The notes under the pieces were generated by a model. The model saw only the letters and a program-made list of their open reading frames with translations, did not search any database and was not told where the DNA came from. Below are positions 52,769 through 64,000 of a stretch of DNA of 64,000 nt, in pieces. The stretch is from positions 26,851,410 to 26,915,409 of the forward strand of contig NC_081366.1 of the NCBI RefSeq assembly GCF_030684315.1, read 5' to 3'. The stretch is from Stegostoma tigrinum (taxonomy: Eukaryota). The position numbers and the translations under genes were made by a program. How positions within the stretch are numbered: the first letter of the stretch is position 1; each line of letters starts with the position of its first letter.

Positions 52769-55369
52769 TAGCAAAGTGCGGAGCTGGATGAGCACAGCAG
52801 GCCAAGCAGCATCTTAGGAGCACAAAAGCTGACGTTTCGGGCCTAGACCGTTCATCAGAAAAGGGGGTTGGCGAGAGGATTCTGAAATAAATAGGGAGAG
52901 AGGGGGAGGCGGATCGAAGGTGGATAGAAGAGAAGACAGGTGGAGAGGAGACAGACAAGTTAAAGGTCGGGGATAGAGCCTATAGAGGTGGGTGTAGGTG
53001 GGGAGGTGGGGAGGGGATAGGTCAGTCCGGGAAGGACTGACAGGTCAAGGGGCAGGATGAGGTTAGTAGGAAGGAAATGGGAGCGCGGCTTGAGGTGGGA
53101 GGAGGGGATAGGTGAGAGGAAGAACAGGTTAGGGAGGTGGGGACAAGCTGGGCTGGTTTTGGGATGCAGTAGGGGGAAGGGGAGATTTTGAAGCTTGTGA
53201 AATCCACATTGATACCATTGGGCTGCAGGGTTCCCAAGCGGAATATGAGTTGCTGTTCCTGCAACCTTCGGGTGGCATCATTGTGGCACTGCAGGAGGCC
53301 CAGCATGGACATGCCGTCTAAGGAATGGGAGGAGGAGTTGAAATGGTTCGCGACTGGGAGGTGCATTGGTTTGTTGTGAACCAAGCATAGGTGTTCTGCA
53401 AAGCCCCCTGCCTGCCCTGGTCGACCCATTGTCTCCACCTGCTCCTGCCCCACCAAACTCATCTCCAGCTATCTGGACTCCATTTTCTGCCCCTTGGTCC
53501 AGGAACTCCCTACCTATGTCTGTGACACCACCCACACCCTCCACCTTCTCCAGAAATTCCAATTCCCCGGACCCCAGCACCTCGTTTTCACCATGGACGT
53601 CCAGTCGCTATACACCTGCATTCCCCATGCAGATGGTCTAAAGGCCCTCTGCTTCTTCCTGTCCTGCAGTCCTGACCAGTCCCCCTCCACCGACACCCTC
53701 ATCCGCCTAGCCAAACTCATCCTCACACTCAACAATTTCTCTTTCGATTCCTCCCACTTCCTACAGACAAAGGGTGTAGCCATGGGTACCTGCATGGGCC
53801 CAAGCTATGCCTGCCTCTTTGTAGAATACGTGGAACAATCCCTCTTCCGTATCTACACAGGCCCCAAACCCCACCTCTTCCTCCGTTACATCGATGACTG
53901 TATCGGCGCTGACTCATGCTCCCAAGAGGAGATCGAACAGTTCATCCACTTCACCAACACCTTCCACCCCAACCTCAAGTTCACCTGGACCATCTCTCAC
54001 CTTCCTGGCCCTCTCTGTCTCCATCTCAGGCAACCACCTAGCAACCGATATCCATTTCAAGCCCACCAACTCCCACAGCTACCTGGAATACACCTCCTCC
54101 CACCCACCTTCCTGAAAAAATTCCATTCCCTATTCCCAATTCCTCCACCTCCGCCGCATCTGCTCCCAGGATGAGGCATTCCACTCTCGTACATCCCAGA
54201 TGTCCACGTTCTTCAAAGACCGCAACTTCCGCAGCACAGTGGTCAAGAACGCCCTCGACCATGTCTCCAGCATTTCCCGTAACTAATCACTCACACCCCA
54301 TCCCTGCAATAACCACCAAAAGAGAATCCCTCTCGTCCTCACATACCACTCCACCAACCTCCGGATACAACGCATCATTCACCTACATTTCCGCCAACTA
54401 CAATCCAATCCCACCATCAAAGACATTTTTCCCACGCCACCATTGTCTGCCTTCCGGAGAGACCACTCTCTCCAGGATTCCCTTGTCCACTCTACACTCC
54501 CCTCCAACCCCACCACACCAGGCACTTTCCCCTGCAACTGCAGGAAGTGCTACATTTGCCCCCACACCTCCTCCCTCACCCCCATCCCAGGCCCCAAGAT
54601 GACTTTCCATATGAAGCAGATGTTCACCTGCACATCTGCCAATGTGGTATATTGTATCCATTGTACCTGGTGTGGCTGCCTCTACATTGGGGAAACCAAG
54701 CGGAGGCTGGGGGACCGCATTGCAGAACACCTACGATCGGTTCGCAACACACAACTGCACCTCCCAGTCGAGAGCCATTTTAACTCCCCCTCCCATTCCT
54801 TAGATGACATGTCCATCATGGGCCTCCTGCAGTGCCACAATGATGCCACCCGAAGGTTGCAGGAACAGCAGCTCATATTCCGCTTGGGAACCCTGCAGCC
54901 CAATGGTATCAATGTGGATTTCACAAGCTTCAAAATCTCCCCTACCCCCGACTGCATCCCAAAACCAGCCCAGCTCATCCCAGCCTCCCCAACCTGTTCT
55001 TCCTCTCACCTATCCCCTCCTCCCACCTCAATTCCCTACCTCCTAACCTCATCCTGCCCCCTTGACCTGTCCGTCCTCCCCGGACTGACCTATTCCCTCC
55101 CCACCTCCCCACCTCTATATGCTCCATCCCTGACCTTTAACTTGTCTGTCTCCTCTCCACCTATCTTCTCCTCTATCCACCTTCGATCTGCCTCCCCATC
55201 TCTCCCTATTTATTTCAGAACCCTCTCCCCAACCCCCTTTTCTGATAAAGGGTCTCGGTCCGAAACGTCAGCTTTTGTGCTCCTAAGATGCTGCTTGGCC
55301 TGCTGTGTTCATCCAGCTTCACACTTTGTTATCTCAGATTCTCCAGCATCTGCAGTTCCCATTATCTCT
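52769..55369 (+). mobile_element. Penelope-like retroelement (RT plus GIY-YIG), 5'-truncated, with inverted 3'-end copy at about 52769-53403
   Basis: TMDVQSLYT, QTKGVAMG and RYIDD (RT); VYCIHCTWCGCLYIGET (GIY-YIG); frameshifted; left segment is the reverse complement of about 54720-55332. Confidence 0.93.
52831..52858 (-). ncRNA. Minimal hammerhead ribozyme-like core in the Penelope terminal repeat
   Basis: Minus strand CTGATGA-acggtctaggccc-GAAACGTC; helix I is weak; activity not shown. Confidence 0.45.
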
Positions 55370-55892
55370 GGTTTTCCTCCTGGGTTGCTCACAGCAATTT
55401 ATGTGCCTGGCTCAACTGGAAGATCATCAAACAAGTTAAATTTAGGAAGAGCCTCAGTTTAACCACAGCCAATAATTCACATTCTCTGTGCTGCGATGTT
55501 ATGCACAATGAGACTTAGTGCATTTTGGCAGCTGACTATGTGCCAAATGTTCTCCCAAATGCTTTCTTTCAAAATGACCTGAATTCCAAAAAAAGAATTC
55601 AAGTAACTGTACGGTTGGGCTGATTAGCTGCGTCGATGTTCCACAGAGCCTTCCTTAATACGTTCATTGAATTACTTTTTATCGCTTATTCATCGTCAGC
55701 CTGTAAACAGGATGGCCCAGTCTTGGTAATGGCACCTTCATGGTGTTACAGAAAGACAAAAAGTTTCTCCTTCCAAACAAACAGTAAGAAAAGCACTTCA
55801 GTGCTGACAAACATTTTGATTACTGAAAGAACCCCTTTATAATCGAGGCACAAGTGGATTTAGGAGGAGCTGTCTGTGCTTGATGGAAGTTT

Positions 55893-55910
55893 GATTAATA
55901 TTTATAAGGC
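55893..55910 (+). promoter_or_regulatory. Candidate TATA-like / HNF1-like element upstream of copy C
   Basis: gattaatatttataaggc about 120 bp upstream of the ATG, next to a CpG-rich first exon; motif match only. Confidence 0.3.
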
Positions 55911-56022
55911 AACTCTTGCAGCTCAAATGTTAGTTTGAAATTTCTCAAGATTTTGCCCTCCAACGGCCAGATTGCGGCAGTTTTACATAAGAATCGCTGC
56001 CAGTTCTCCCGCTGTCACTAAC

Positions 56023-56412
56023 ATGCGGGATTACGATGAAATCACCGCTTTTCTCGGAGAATGGGGACCCTTCCAGAAAATTATCTTCTTCCTCTTGAGC
56101 CTCAGCATCTTTCCCAATGGTTTCTGCGGAATGTCTATAGTTTTTGTCGGGGGTATTCCTGAACATCGCTGCTTCGTTCCCGGGAATCTCAACCTCAGTG
56201 AAGCGTGGATGAACCGGACTATCCCTCTGGAACAAGCCAAGGGGAAACTCCAGTACAGCAAATGTAGACGGTACCGGTTGGATGTGATCCGGAATCTTTC
56301 GGAGATATTTCCTGACCCAGATTCCGTCAATATTTCTGAGGTGGAACAGGAGCCCTGTTTGGATGGATGGGTGTACAGTAAGGATCAGTACATGTCCACC
56401 ATCGTCAGCGAG
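56023..56412 (+). CDS. SLC22A5: SLC22A5/A4-like copy C, exon 1
   Basis: [18 protein letters not shown]...[20 protein letters not shown]|gtaagc; 390 bp open frame; N-glycosylation sequons at N57, N64 and N91 as in human OCTN2. Confidence 0.95.
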
Positions 56413-57726
56413 GTAAGCGGCTGAAGGACGCATTGGGCTCACAGCGAGCACAGTTCATAAGGGAGAATAATTTTTTTTAAATATACTTAAAATAGAAAAA
56501 CTTTACAAAATAAAAGCAGACATAACCTGCATCTCTTTATCTTATATCTTGTCTCGGACCAGATAAACCTTAATATTTCAATTTGGAACCTTCATATTTC
56601 GCAACATTGGAAGTTAATCATTAAATCCTTTTTTTCTCTCTCTCTAAAATCAGTTTGGCTCCCGAGTTTGTCTCAATTAAATTTTCATTTCCTAATCTCT
56701 ATTGCTTTAACTCAGTCATACATTCTGCAGGGAGATGCCAATTTTGGCTTGCATTGCTTTTTTGTGCGTACAGGGAGAGGTGGAAGCTTGTTTTGGTTCA
56801 GAGCACTGAATATCTAAGGAAACAGACATGTTGCTGTCAAGCACTTGCTACATAAGAGCCACACTTGAAGCATGTACCAGAGAAATTTCGCAACACATTA
56901 CATATGCTTCAACCAAATGGACATGTCTGAAACTGAAACAAGGCTAGTCCTTTGTGGGATAAAGTGAGACTACAGTCAGGAAGGAGGTAGTGTTAAAGTC
57001 AATCAAGGAACTTGCTCAATGCCAATCCAGAGTGTTAGCCACAGTCAGTCCCACAGACCAAGAGAAGCTCATCTGGAAATGGGAGGAGGTCAGTTGGGCT
57101 GCTAGGAAGATATTGATTCTGTGCAAAATACCATAACCTACCTTCCATTCAGCTACTTATTAAGAAATTTCACAGACAATCAAAAAATGAAATAATTAAT
57201 TGGACTATATTGCATGGAGCAACTAAAATTAGACCATGCAAACAAGTAAATTAAGCCTAACAACCCAACTGAATTATTATCCATTTAGTGGTGGAACTTA
57301 GCTGTGATTCCAACCAGCAGCATTTGTGTCTGGACGTGTTCACATTTCAATCCAAGGGTCTAGGCCCGAAACGTCAGCTTTCCTGCTTCTCTGATGCTGC
57401 TTGGCCTACTATGTTCATCCAGCTCTACACCTAGTTTTCCAGAGTTCTGCTTTTGAAGAATCCTGAAGTTGAATTCTGTCTTGTGAAGTTTGAGATGTGA
57501 CATTATTGATAATCATTTAGGTCTGTTTACACCTCTGGAGTCATCAACTTTGCAGTTTGTCTTCCAATCAGAAATAGCTTCTCTGTACCTTGTTACATTT
57601 GTTGTTAGCTATCTGTTTGAAATGGGATGCCAGCTGCCCTTTCTTGGCCATTTGCTCAGTTACAATGTTGCAATGTAACTTTCCCAGACTACATTTATAA
57701 AATGTTCAGTTTTCTTTGCCTTTCAG

Positions 57727-57818
57727 TAGGATTTAATGTGCATCAATGACCGGAAAAGGCCATTTGTTATGTCTGCATTTCTCACGTGAGTGCCAGTTCT
57801 TCTTTTTGTTGCAGGCAG
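57727..57818 (+). pseudogene. Decayed duplicate of exon 2 within intron 1 of copy C
   Basis: tttcag|TAGGATTTAATGTGC...CCATTTGTTATGTCTG aligns to 59840-59943; the upstream intron also aligns; TGG>TAG, GGA>TGA, deletion near the 3' end, donor reads AG|GCAAGT. Confidence 0.8.
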
Positions 57819-58019
57819 GCAAGTTTTTTTTTCCCTCTTGAGAGATAATTACCGAAATATTAAAAATAAGGTGGTGATGGAGACAACCCAAATGATGAGA
57901 ATAACATGGTAGGGAAAAGCATAGCACAAATCTAGCCAAAGTCATAAGTAATCCAAAACTGTACAAACAAATTAAGGGAGAGATATCATAAGTATCCAGG
58001 TGATGGTGTCAAAACAGGG

Positions 58020-59530
58020 CCATAAGGAAGATTTTACAGATACTGAACAGTGTGGTGGGGCCACAAATAATGCAGCATGAACCCAAAATCATGGTTGAGG
58101 CCATTTTCGTGGGTACAGAGCTTGACTATCAGTTTCTGCTCAGTGATTCTGTGTTGTTGTGTATCTCAAAGGCCATCTTGGAGGACACTTACCTGAAGTT
58201 CAGAAACTAAATGCCCTTGACCGCTGAAGTACTCTCCAACTGTAAGGAAACATTCCTGCCTGACAATTGTCGCACAGTGTCCAATTATCTGTTGTTGTAG
58301 CATCTGCATGGTCTCACCAATGTCCCATGCCTCAGGCATCCTTGCCTGCAGTTAATGACGTAGGCAACATTGGCTGAGTCACATGAGTATCTACTGTCTA
58401 CGTGGTGGGTGATGTTCCCACGTGTGATGGCGGTGTCCATGTCAATGACCCGACATGTTTTGCAGAGGTTGCCGTAGCAGGATTGTATAGTGTTGTGGTC
58501 AATGTTCTCCTGGGTAATTTGCTGTGAATGATTGTCCATTTAACATTTGCCAGTTGTTTGAAGGTGAGAATGGAGGCATAGGGATGATCTAGGCAGGATG
58601 TTTGTCATCATCAATGACATGTTGAAGGCTGTAAAGAACATGGTGTAGTCTCTCCACTCCAGGGAAGTACTGGGTGATGAAGGGTACTCTATTGGTCATA
58701 TCCTGTGTCTGTCTTCTGAGGAGGTCATTCCGTTTTTTTGCTGTGGCATTTCGGAACTGGTGATTGATGAGTTGAGCATCATACGCATGCAGCAATTGCC
58801 AGACAGGAATGTTCCCTCCCAGTCAGAGAACACTTCAACGTTAAGGACATTCAATTTCCAATCTACAGCTAAGTATCCTCCAACCTGGTCTTTGAGATAC
58901 ACAACAATGCAGAATCACTGAGCAGAAACTGAGAGCCAAGCTCTTTACCGAAAAAGATGGCCCCAAGCGTTATCTTGAGTTCATGTCGCGCTATACGTGA
59001 CCTCATCACATTGCTCTGTATCTGTAAAATCTTTCTTATAGCCCTTATTGTCTTCCTTATTGTCACCATCACCTGGATAAATTGCTATGATCTCTTTTTT
59101 AATTTGTTTGTACAGTTTTGGGTTACTTATTACTTCAGTTGGACCGTCATCATGTAGGTCTTGTACCTATTATGCTGTTCCGGTCATATAGTTTGTCTCT
59201 AGCACCAACTTACTTTTCATTTTTTGTGATTAACTCTCTGCCTCATTTAATCAGATTATTGGTAATCCTTTCACCAGTTATTCAGCTGCTGACACTTTAC
59301 TCACACAATCTACTGCTTTGGATCACCTGCAAGGATTTATTATTCGACACTCCACTCACACCATTTGTATAATCTTTTGATCTATCTGCCCTTGATCTTT
59401 CTGCCCATAAATTCTGTGTTCTGTGTGCTTCTGTCTCACTTCACCTGGTGAAGGAGCTCCAGTCGGAAAGCTTGTGATTTCAAATAAACCTATTGGACTA
59501 TAACCTGGTTTCATGTGACACCTGACTTCA
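58020..59530. mobile_element. Older Penelope-like element (third family) with inverted halves
   Basis: Minus strand NLCKTC and YSCDSANVAYVINCRQGC (GIY-YIG region) to about 58790, then a plus-strand 3' end with tcacCTGGTGA...GAAAGCTTgtga. Confidence 0.8.
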
Positions 59531-59839
59531 TCAACTCGAGGGCAACTGGGATCACATTTCAATATGCCATCCAGAAAACTGGACTACCTCAGTGCTGAAT
59601 TAAAATGTTAGCCGAGATGGATCATGCGCTCAAGGCTCTGGAGAAGGTTTCAAACCACAGGTTTAAAGTGCAGGTACTTCTACTTAACCCAAGCTAATGG
59701 TGCAGCCAGCTTGCTGAATCAAATAAGTTGTTCAGGTTTACTACATCCTACCATCCTTAGATTCAATGCAATTAAATAATTTCTCTGTAACTTTCCCCAA
59801 ATCACATTTATAACATTTTCTGTTTGCCTTGTGTTTCAG

Positions 59840-59943
59840 TGGGATTTAGTGTGTGATGATGACTGGAAAGGACCATTTGTTATGTCTGTATTTTTCATGG
59901 GAGTGCTGGTTGGGTCTTTGTGTTGCGGACAGTTATCAGACAG
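59840..59943 (+). CDS. SLC22A5: SLC22A5/A4-like copy C, exon 2
   Basis: gtgtttcag|TGG...GAC AG|gtaaat; 104 bp as in human exon 2; [35 protein letters not shown]. Confidence 0.95.
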
Positions 59944-60968
59944 GTAAATTGTTTTTCTATTGAACTCTGCCAGTTTTGAGCTTAATACTTATTCTCCACA
60001 TCTGACAAAAATGGTATAAGTGGGAAAGAGCATTGTTTAAATCCGAACTGAATGCATAATTCAACAATTGTGTTGTGTTCACAACATCCACTGCCTTAAA
60101 CAATCTTTCCACATCTAACCTATCAAGTCGCCTAAGAATCTTATATGTCTCGTTAAGGTCACCCAACATTCTATATTCCAATGTGTACAGGCCCAATCTA
60201 CTCAACCTCTCCCCGTAAAATAACAGCTCCATATCTGGTATCAGCCAGTATTGAAATTCTAATGAATAGGTTCCTGGGTTAAAGATGTGGTAAAATAAAG
60301 TCACTTTGATTGTAGGAATGCAAATGCAGTGCAATTACACCTCCTCAATCCTCATAGTCGCGTTGGAAAATACTTTGCGCATAAGAATAAATTGTCTGCA
60401 AATATTACTTTGATCTATTACATATCAGTCAGCCTACCATGATGATAGGATAATTATTAGAAAGAATTCTTAAGCACAGTATAAGTTGTCAGTTAAAAAA
60501 AGACACAAGTTAATCAAGGACACGACACATTTTTTTAAGGGAAGCTTGTTTCTGACAAATTTAACATTCCCAAGGCAGTAAGAATGGGGCAGTTGGGGGT
60601 GGTGGTTGGTGGGGGATAAAGTTTGATGTAGTCTTCATAGAATTTAGTGAGACTTTTGACAAAATTCCAATTGGCAGCTTGGTCAGAAAACAGCAGTCAA
60701 TGGATTCAGGGGAAAATCTCTCCACTAGTTGTAGTTAGACTTGAAATGACTCCGGACAGCTGAGGTTTTTTGAGGTTAACCCCCTCGGTCATAGGACATT
60801 TCTGCAGGAGTTCCTTATGATAGTGGCCAAGGCACTGCCAACTTTAGTTGCTTCATTAAAAGACAAAAGAACTGTGGAAGCTGTAAATCAGGAACAAAAA
60901 CAATGTTGCTGGAAAAGCTCAGCAGGTCTGGCAGCATCTGTGAAGGAAAAAACTGAGTCTGGGGTTTG

Positions 60969-63900
60969 GATGGAAGTGGACATGCATTTAGAAGGCACTA
61001 TCTGAGGATCTTTGGTGATTTCTACATTGCATCTTGTAGATAGTACACACTGCTCTTAGTAAGCATCAGTGGTGGAGGGAATGGATTCTTGTGGATATAG
61101 TGTCAATCAAACGAGCTGCTTCGTTCTGGACCATTTCAGGCTTCTTGAGCATTGTTGGAGCTGCACACATCCAGGCAAATGGGGGGTATTCAATCACACT
61201 CCTGGCTTGTGCCTTGCAAATGGTGGACAGGCTTTTGGGGATCAGGACGTGAAATACTTGCAGCAGTATTCCTAGCCTCTGACCTGATCTTGTAGCCACT
61301 GTGTTTATGTGGTGAGTCCAGTTGCGTTTCTGGTCAATGATAACTTCCGGGATGCTGATAGTGGGAGATTCAGTGATGGAATCTCCATTGAATGTCAAGG
61401 AGTAGTGGTTAGATTGTCTCTTACTGTTGATGGCCATAGCCTGGGGTTTGTGTGGCGGAAATGTTTCTTGCCACATTGCCAGCCCAAGCCTGCATATTAT
61501 CCAGATCTTGCTGCATTTGAACATAGACTGCTTCAGTATCTGAGAAGTCACAAATGGTGCTGAACATTGAGCAATCATCAGCAAACATCTAGCCTTCTGA
61601 CTGTATGTCAGAGGGAGAGTCATTGATGAAGCAGCTGAAGTTGTTCTACCCTGACACTACCCTGAGGAACTCCCGCAGTGATGTCCTGGAGTTGAGATGA
61701 CTGACATCCAACAACCATGGTGGCTCAGTGGTTAGCACTGCAGCCTCACAGCACCAGTGACCCGGATTCAATTCCAGCCTCGGGTGACTGTCTGTGTGGA
61801 GTTTGCACATTCTCCCCGTGTCTGCGTGGGTTTCCTCCGGGTGCTCCGGTTTCCTCCCACAGCCCAAAGATGTGCAGGTTAGGTGGATTGGCCATGCTAA
61901 ATTGCCCGTAGTGTTCAGGGGCATGTGGGTTATAGGGGGATGGGTCTGAGTGGGATGCCTGAAGTGGCAGTGTGGGCTTGTTGGGCTGAAGGGCCTGTTT
62001 CCACACTGTAGGGAATCTAATCTAATCTAAACCACGACCTTCTTCCTATATGTCACAGAGGATTCCAACCACTTGACCGTTTGCCCCCTGATACACATGA
62101 TTCCAGTTTTGCCAGGGCTCCTTGATGCCACAATTTGTTGACTGCAGAGTCACTGGATTACTAGTCCAGGAACAACACCACTTTACCATCACCTCCCCTG
62201 GTGAGATGCAGCTCTTGTTGGAAATCTGGAGATGTAGTGAGCTGTTACAGCCAAGGAAAGTAACTTTTCCTTCATCCTTCAAAATGCTATGATTAGTTCC
62301 TATATTTGAAACATCTCCTTGTTGTTCAGTTACAGTTTTCATTTATCCCATTGATGTTAGACTGCTTCCAATGTCGAAGTTCTCTTTTAAATTTTTGCTT
62401 GCTGTTCACTATCAATGTTCCAAAACTTGTATAATGATCATTCTTACCCAAGAGTTTGATGAAAGATATTTGGTTCATTTGGCCTTCCTCATTTCCCTGA
62501 CTTCAGATGCCAGAAACTCTGAGCTGAAATCTCATTTCAGGACATAATATGCACATTAGATCAGTTTGCAAAAACTGTAAATTGATCTAACACCCAATTA
62601 TTTAAATGATCAAAAAGAAGAGAATGGGGTGGAATATCACCTTCAGGGGTGACAGTACGCATCCAGATACCTCTTTCAAGTGATATCCCCCCCACCTGGC
62701 ATTCCACTGGTGCTACTGCCGTTGCTGGAATTGTTGGCCAATCGCATCATAATTCCAAGCTCAGCTAGTTAACATTATCCTGCAGTGCAGAAATTTGTTT
62801 AAAGAGACAATCAACTGGTTTTTCTTCCAGGGACTAGAGAGTGAGAAATCAAGTCTTACAAACTTGATTGAATTTTTTAGGAAGTAACCAAAAAGATTGA
62901 TGAGGGCAGAGCTCTAGACATTATTTACTCAGATTTTAGTAAAGCCTTTGACAAGATTCCATGTGGTAGTCTAATTATTAAAATTAGATCACATGAGATT
63001 CAGGGTGAGCTTGCCAATTGGCTTGATGGTATGAGACAGAGAATAATGGTGGTGGGCCGTTTTCGGACTGGAAGCCAGTGTTCCAAAGGGATCGGTACTA
63101 GTCCACTTTTGTTTGTCATTTATATAAATGATTTGAATGATAATATTAGAGGTATGATTAGCAAGTTCACAGATGACATCAAAATTGGCAGTACAGAGGG
63201 CAGTGAAAATGGTTATTTAAGATCACAAACAGATCTTGATCAATTGGCTAGGGAGTGGCAGATGGAGTCTAATTTGGAAAAATGCAAGGTATTACATTTT
63301 GGTAAAAACTAAAACAGGCAGGACTTATACAGTAGGGCCCTGGGTGGTTTAGTAGTTTAGTTTAGAGGCCTAGGGGTTCAGGTTCATGACTCGCAGGTTG
63401 ACAGTGTGGTTAAGTAGGCATTTAGTATGCTTACCCGCTGACCTTTGAGTATAAGAGTTGGGATCTCATGTTGAGGTTGTACAGGATGTTGGTGAAGCAG
63501 TTCCGAAAAATTATGTGCAGTTCTGGTCAGCTATCTTTAAGAAGGGTATTATTAAATTGGAGAGGGTTCAGACAAGATTTAAAAGGATGTTGCTGGGACT
63601 GAAGGGCTTGAGTTATAAAAATGGGCTGGGTGGGCTAAGAACGTTCTTCACTGAAGCATAGGGGCTTGAGGTGTGGCCTTATAGAGGTTTATAAAATCAT
63701 GAGAGGTATAGATAAGTGGAATATCAAGTCATTTCCCTAAGGTGGGGAAGTTCAAAACTGCGAGGCATACTTTTAAAGTGAGAGGAGGAAACTTTAAAAA
63801 GGACGTGCAGAGCCACTTTTTTGCATAGAGTGGTTTGTGTGTGGAATGAACTGCCAGAGGAAGTGGTGGATCAGGTACAGTTACAACATTTGCATGACAT

Positions 63901-64000
63901 TTGTTCAAGTACCATGAATAGGGAAGGTTTGGAGGGATACGGGCCAAGAACAGGCAGGTAGGACTAATTTAGTTTGGAAACATGGTCATGGTGAGCTAGT
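60969..64000 (+). repeat. Segmental duplication, copy 2 (runs off the window); contains the LINE fragment, HE1-type SINE at 61718-62029 and CR1 at about 62830-64000
   Basis: About 99.5% identical to 44302-47333. Confidence 0.97.

Noticed and set aside
53022-55462. Many overlapping ORFs up to 339 aa
   Set aside because: All are pieces or antisense shadows of the frameshifted Penelope element, not host genes
55972-56022. Upstream extension of the 150-aa ORF in the supplied track
   Set aside because: Starts at a TTG; homology places the start at ATG 56023 (MRDYDE)
55945-56451. 168-aa antisense ORF, with related ORFs near 33556-34311
   Set aside because: Shadow of the GC-rich exon 1 with no independent evidence

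Overview
Repeat-rich eukaryotic DNA, almost certainly from a shark or other elasmobranch (HE1-type SINEs, CR1/HER1 LINEs, SacSINE1/DeuSINE-like copies, Penelope-like elements). The genic content is a head-to-tail cluster of SLC22A5/SLC22A4-like (OCTN carnitine/organic cation transporter) paralogs on the + strand. (A) The 3' half of an intact gene: exons 6-10, where exons 6-9 (101/215/183/136 bp) match human SLC22A5 sizes. (B) A pseudogene of which only a SINE-disrupted, frameshifted exon 1 and a decayed terminal exon with 3'UTR were found; its stop-codon/3'UTR region is followed by an inverted copy of itself. (C) Exons 1-2 of a third, open-frame copy, with a decayed duplicate of exon 2 in intron 1. 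The last 3 kb repeat 44302-47333 at about 99.5% identity with a constant 16,667-bp offset, consistent with the start of a recent tandem duplication. The rest is transposons (Ty3/Gypsy, including Gmr1-type order; CR1/L2 LINEs; SINEs; Penelope-like elements with inverted ends and hammerhead-like cores) plus a 15-bp minisatellite. Most short ORFs in the supplied track are transposon fragments or spurious. Exon coordinates were read from splice sites; transposon boundaries and identity values were estimated by eye and are approximate.
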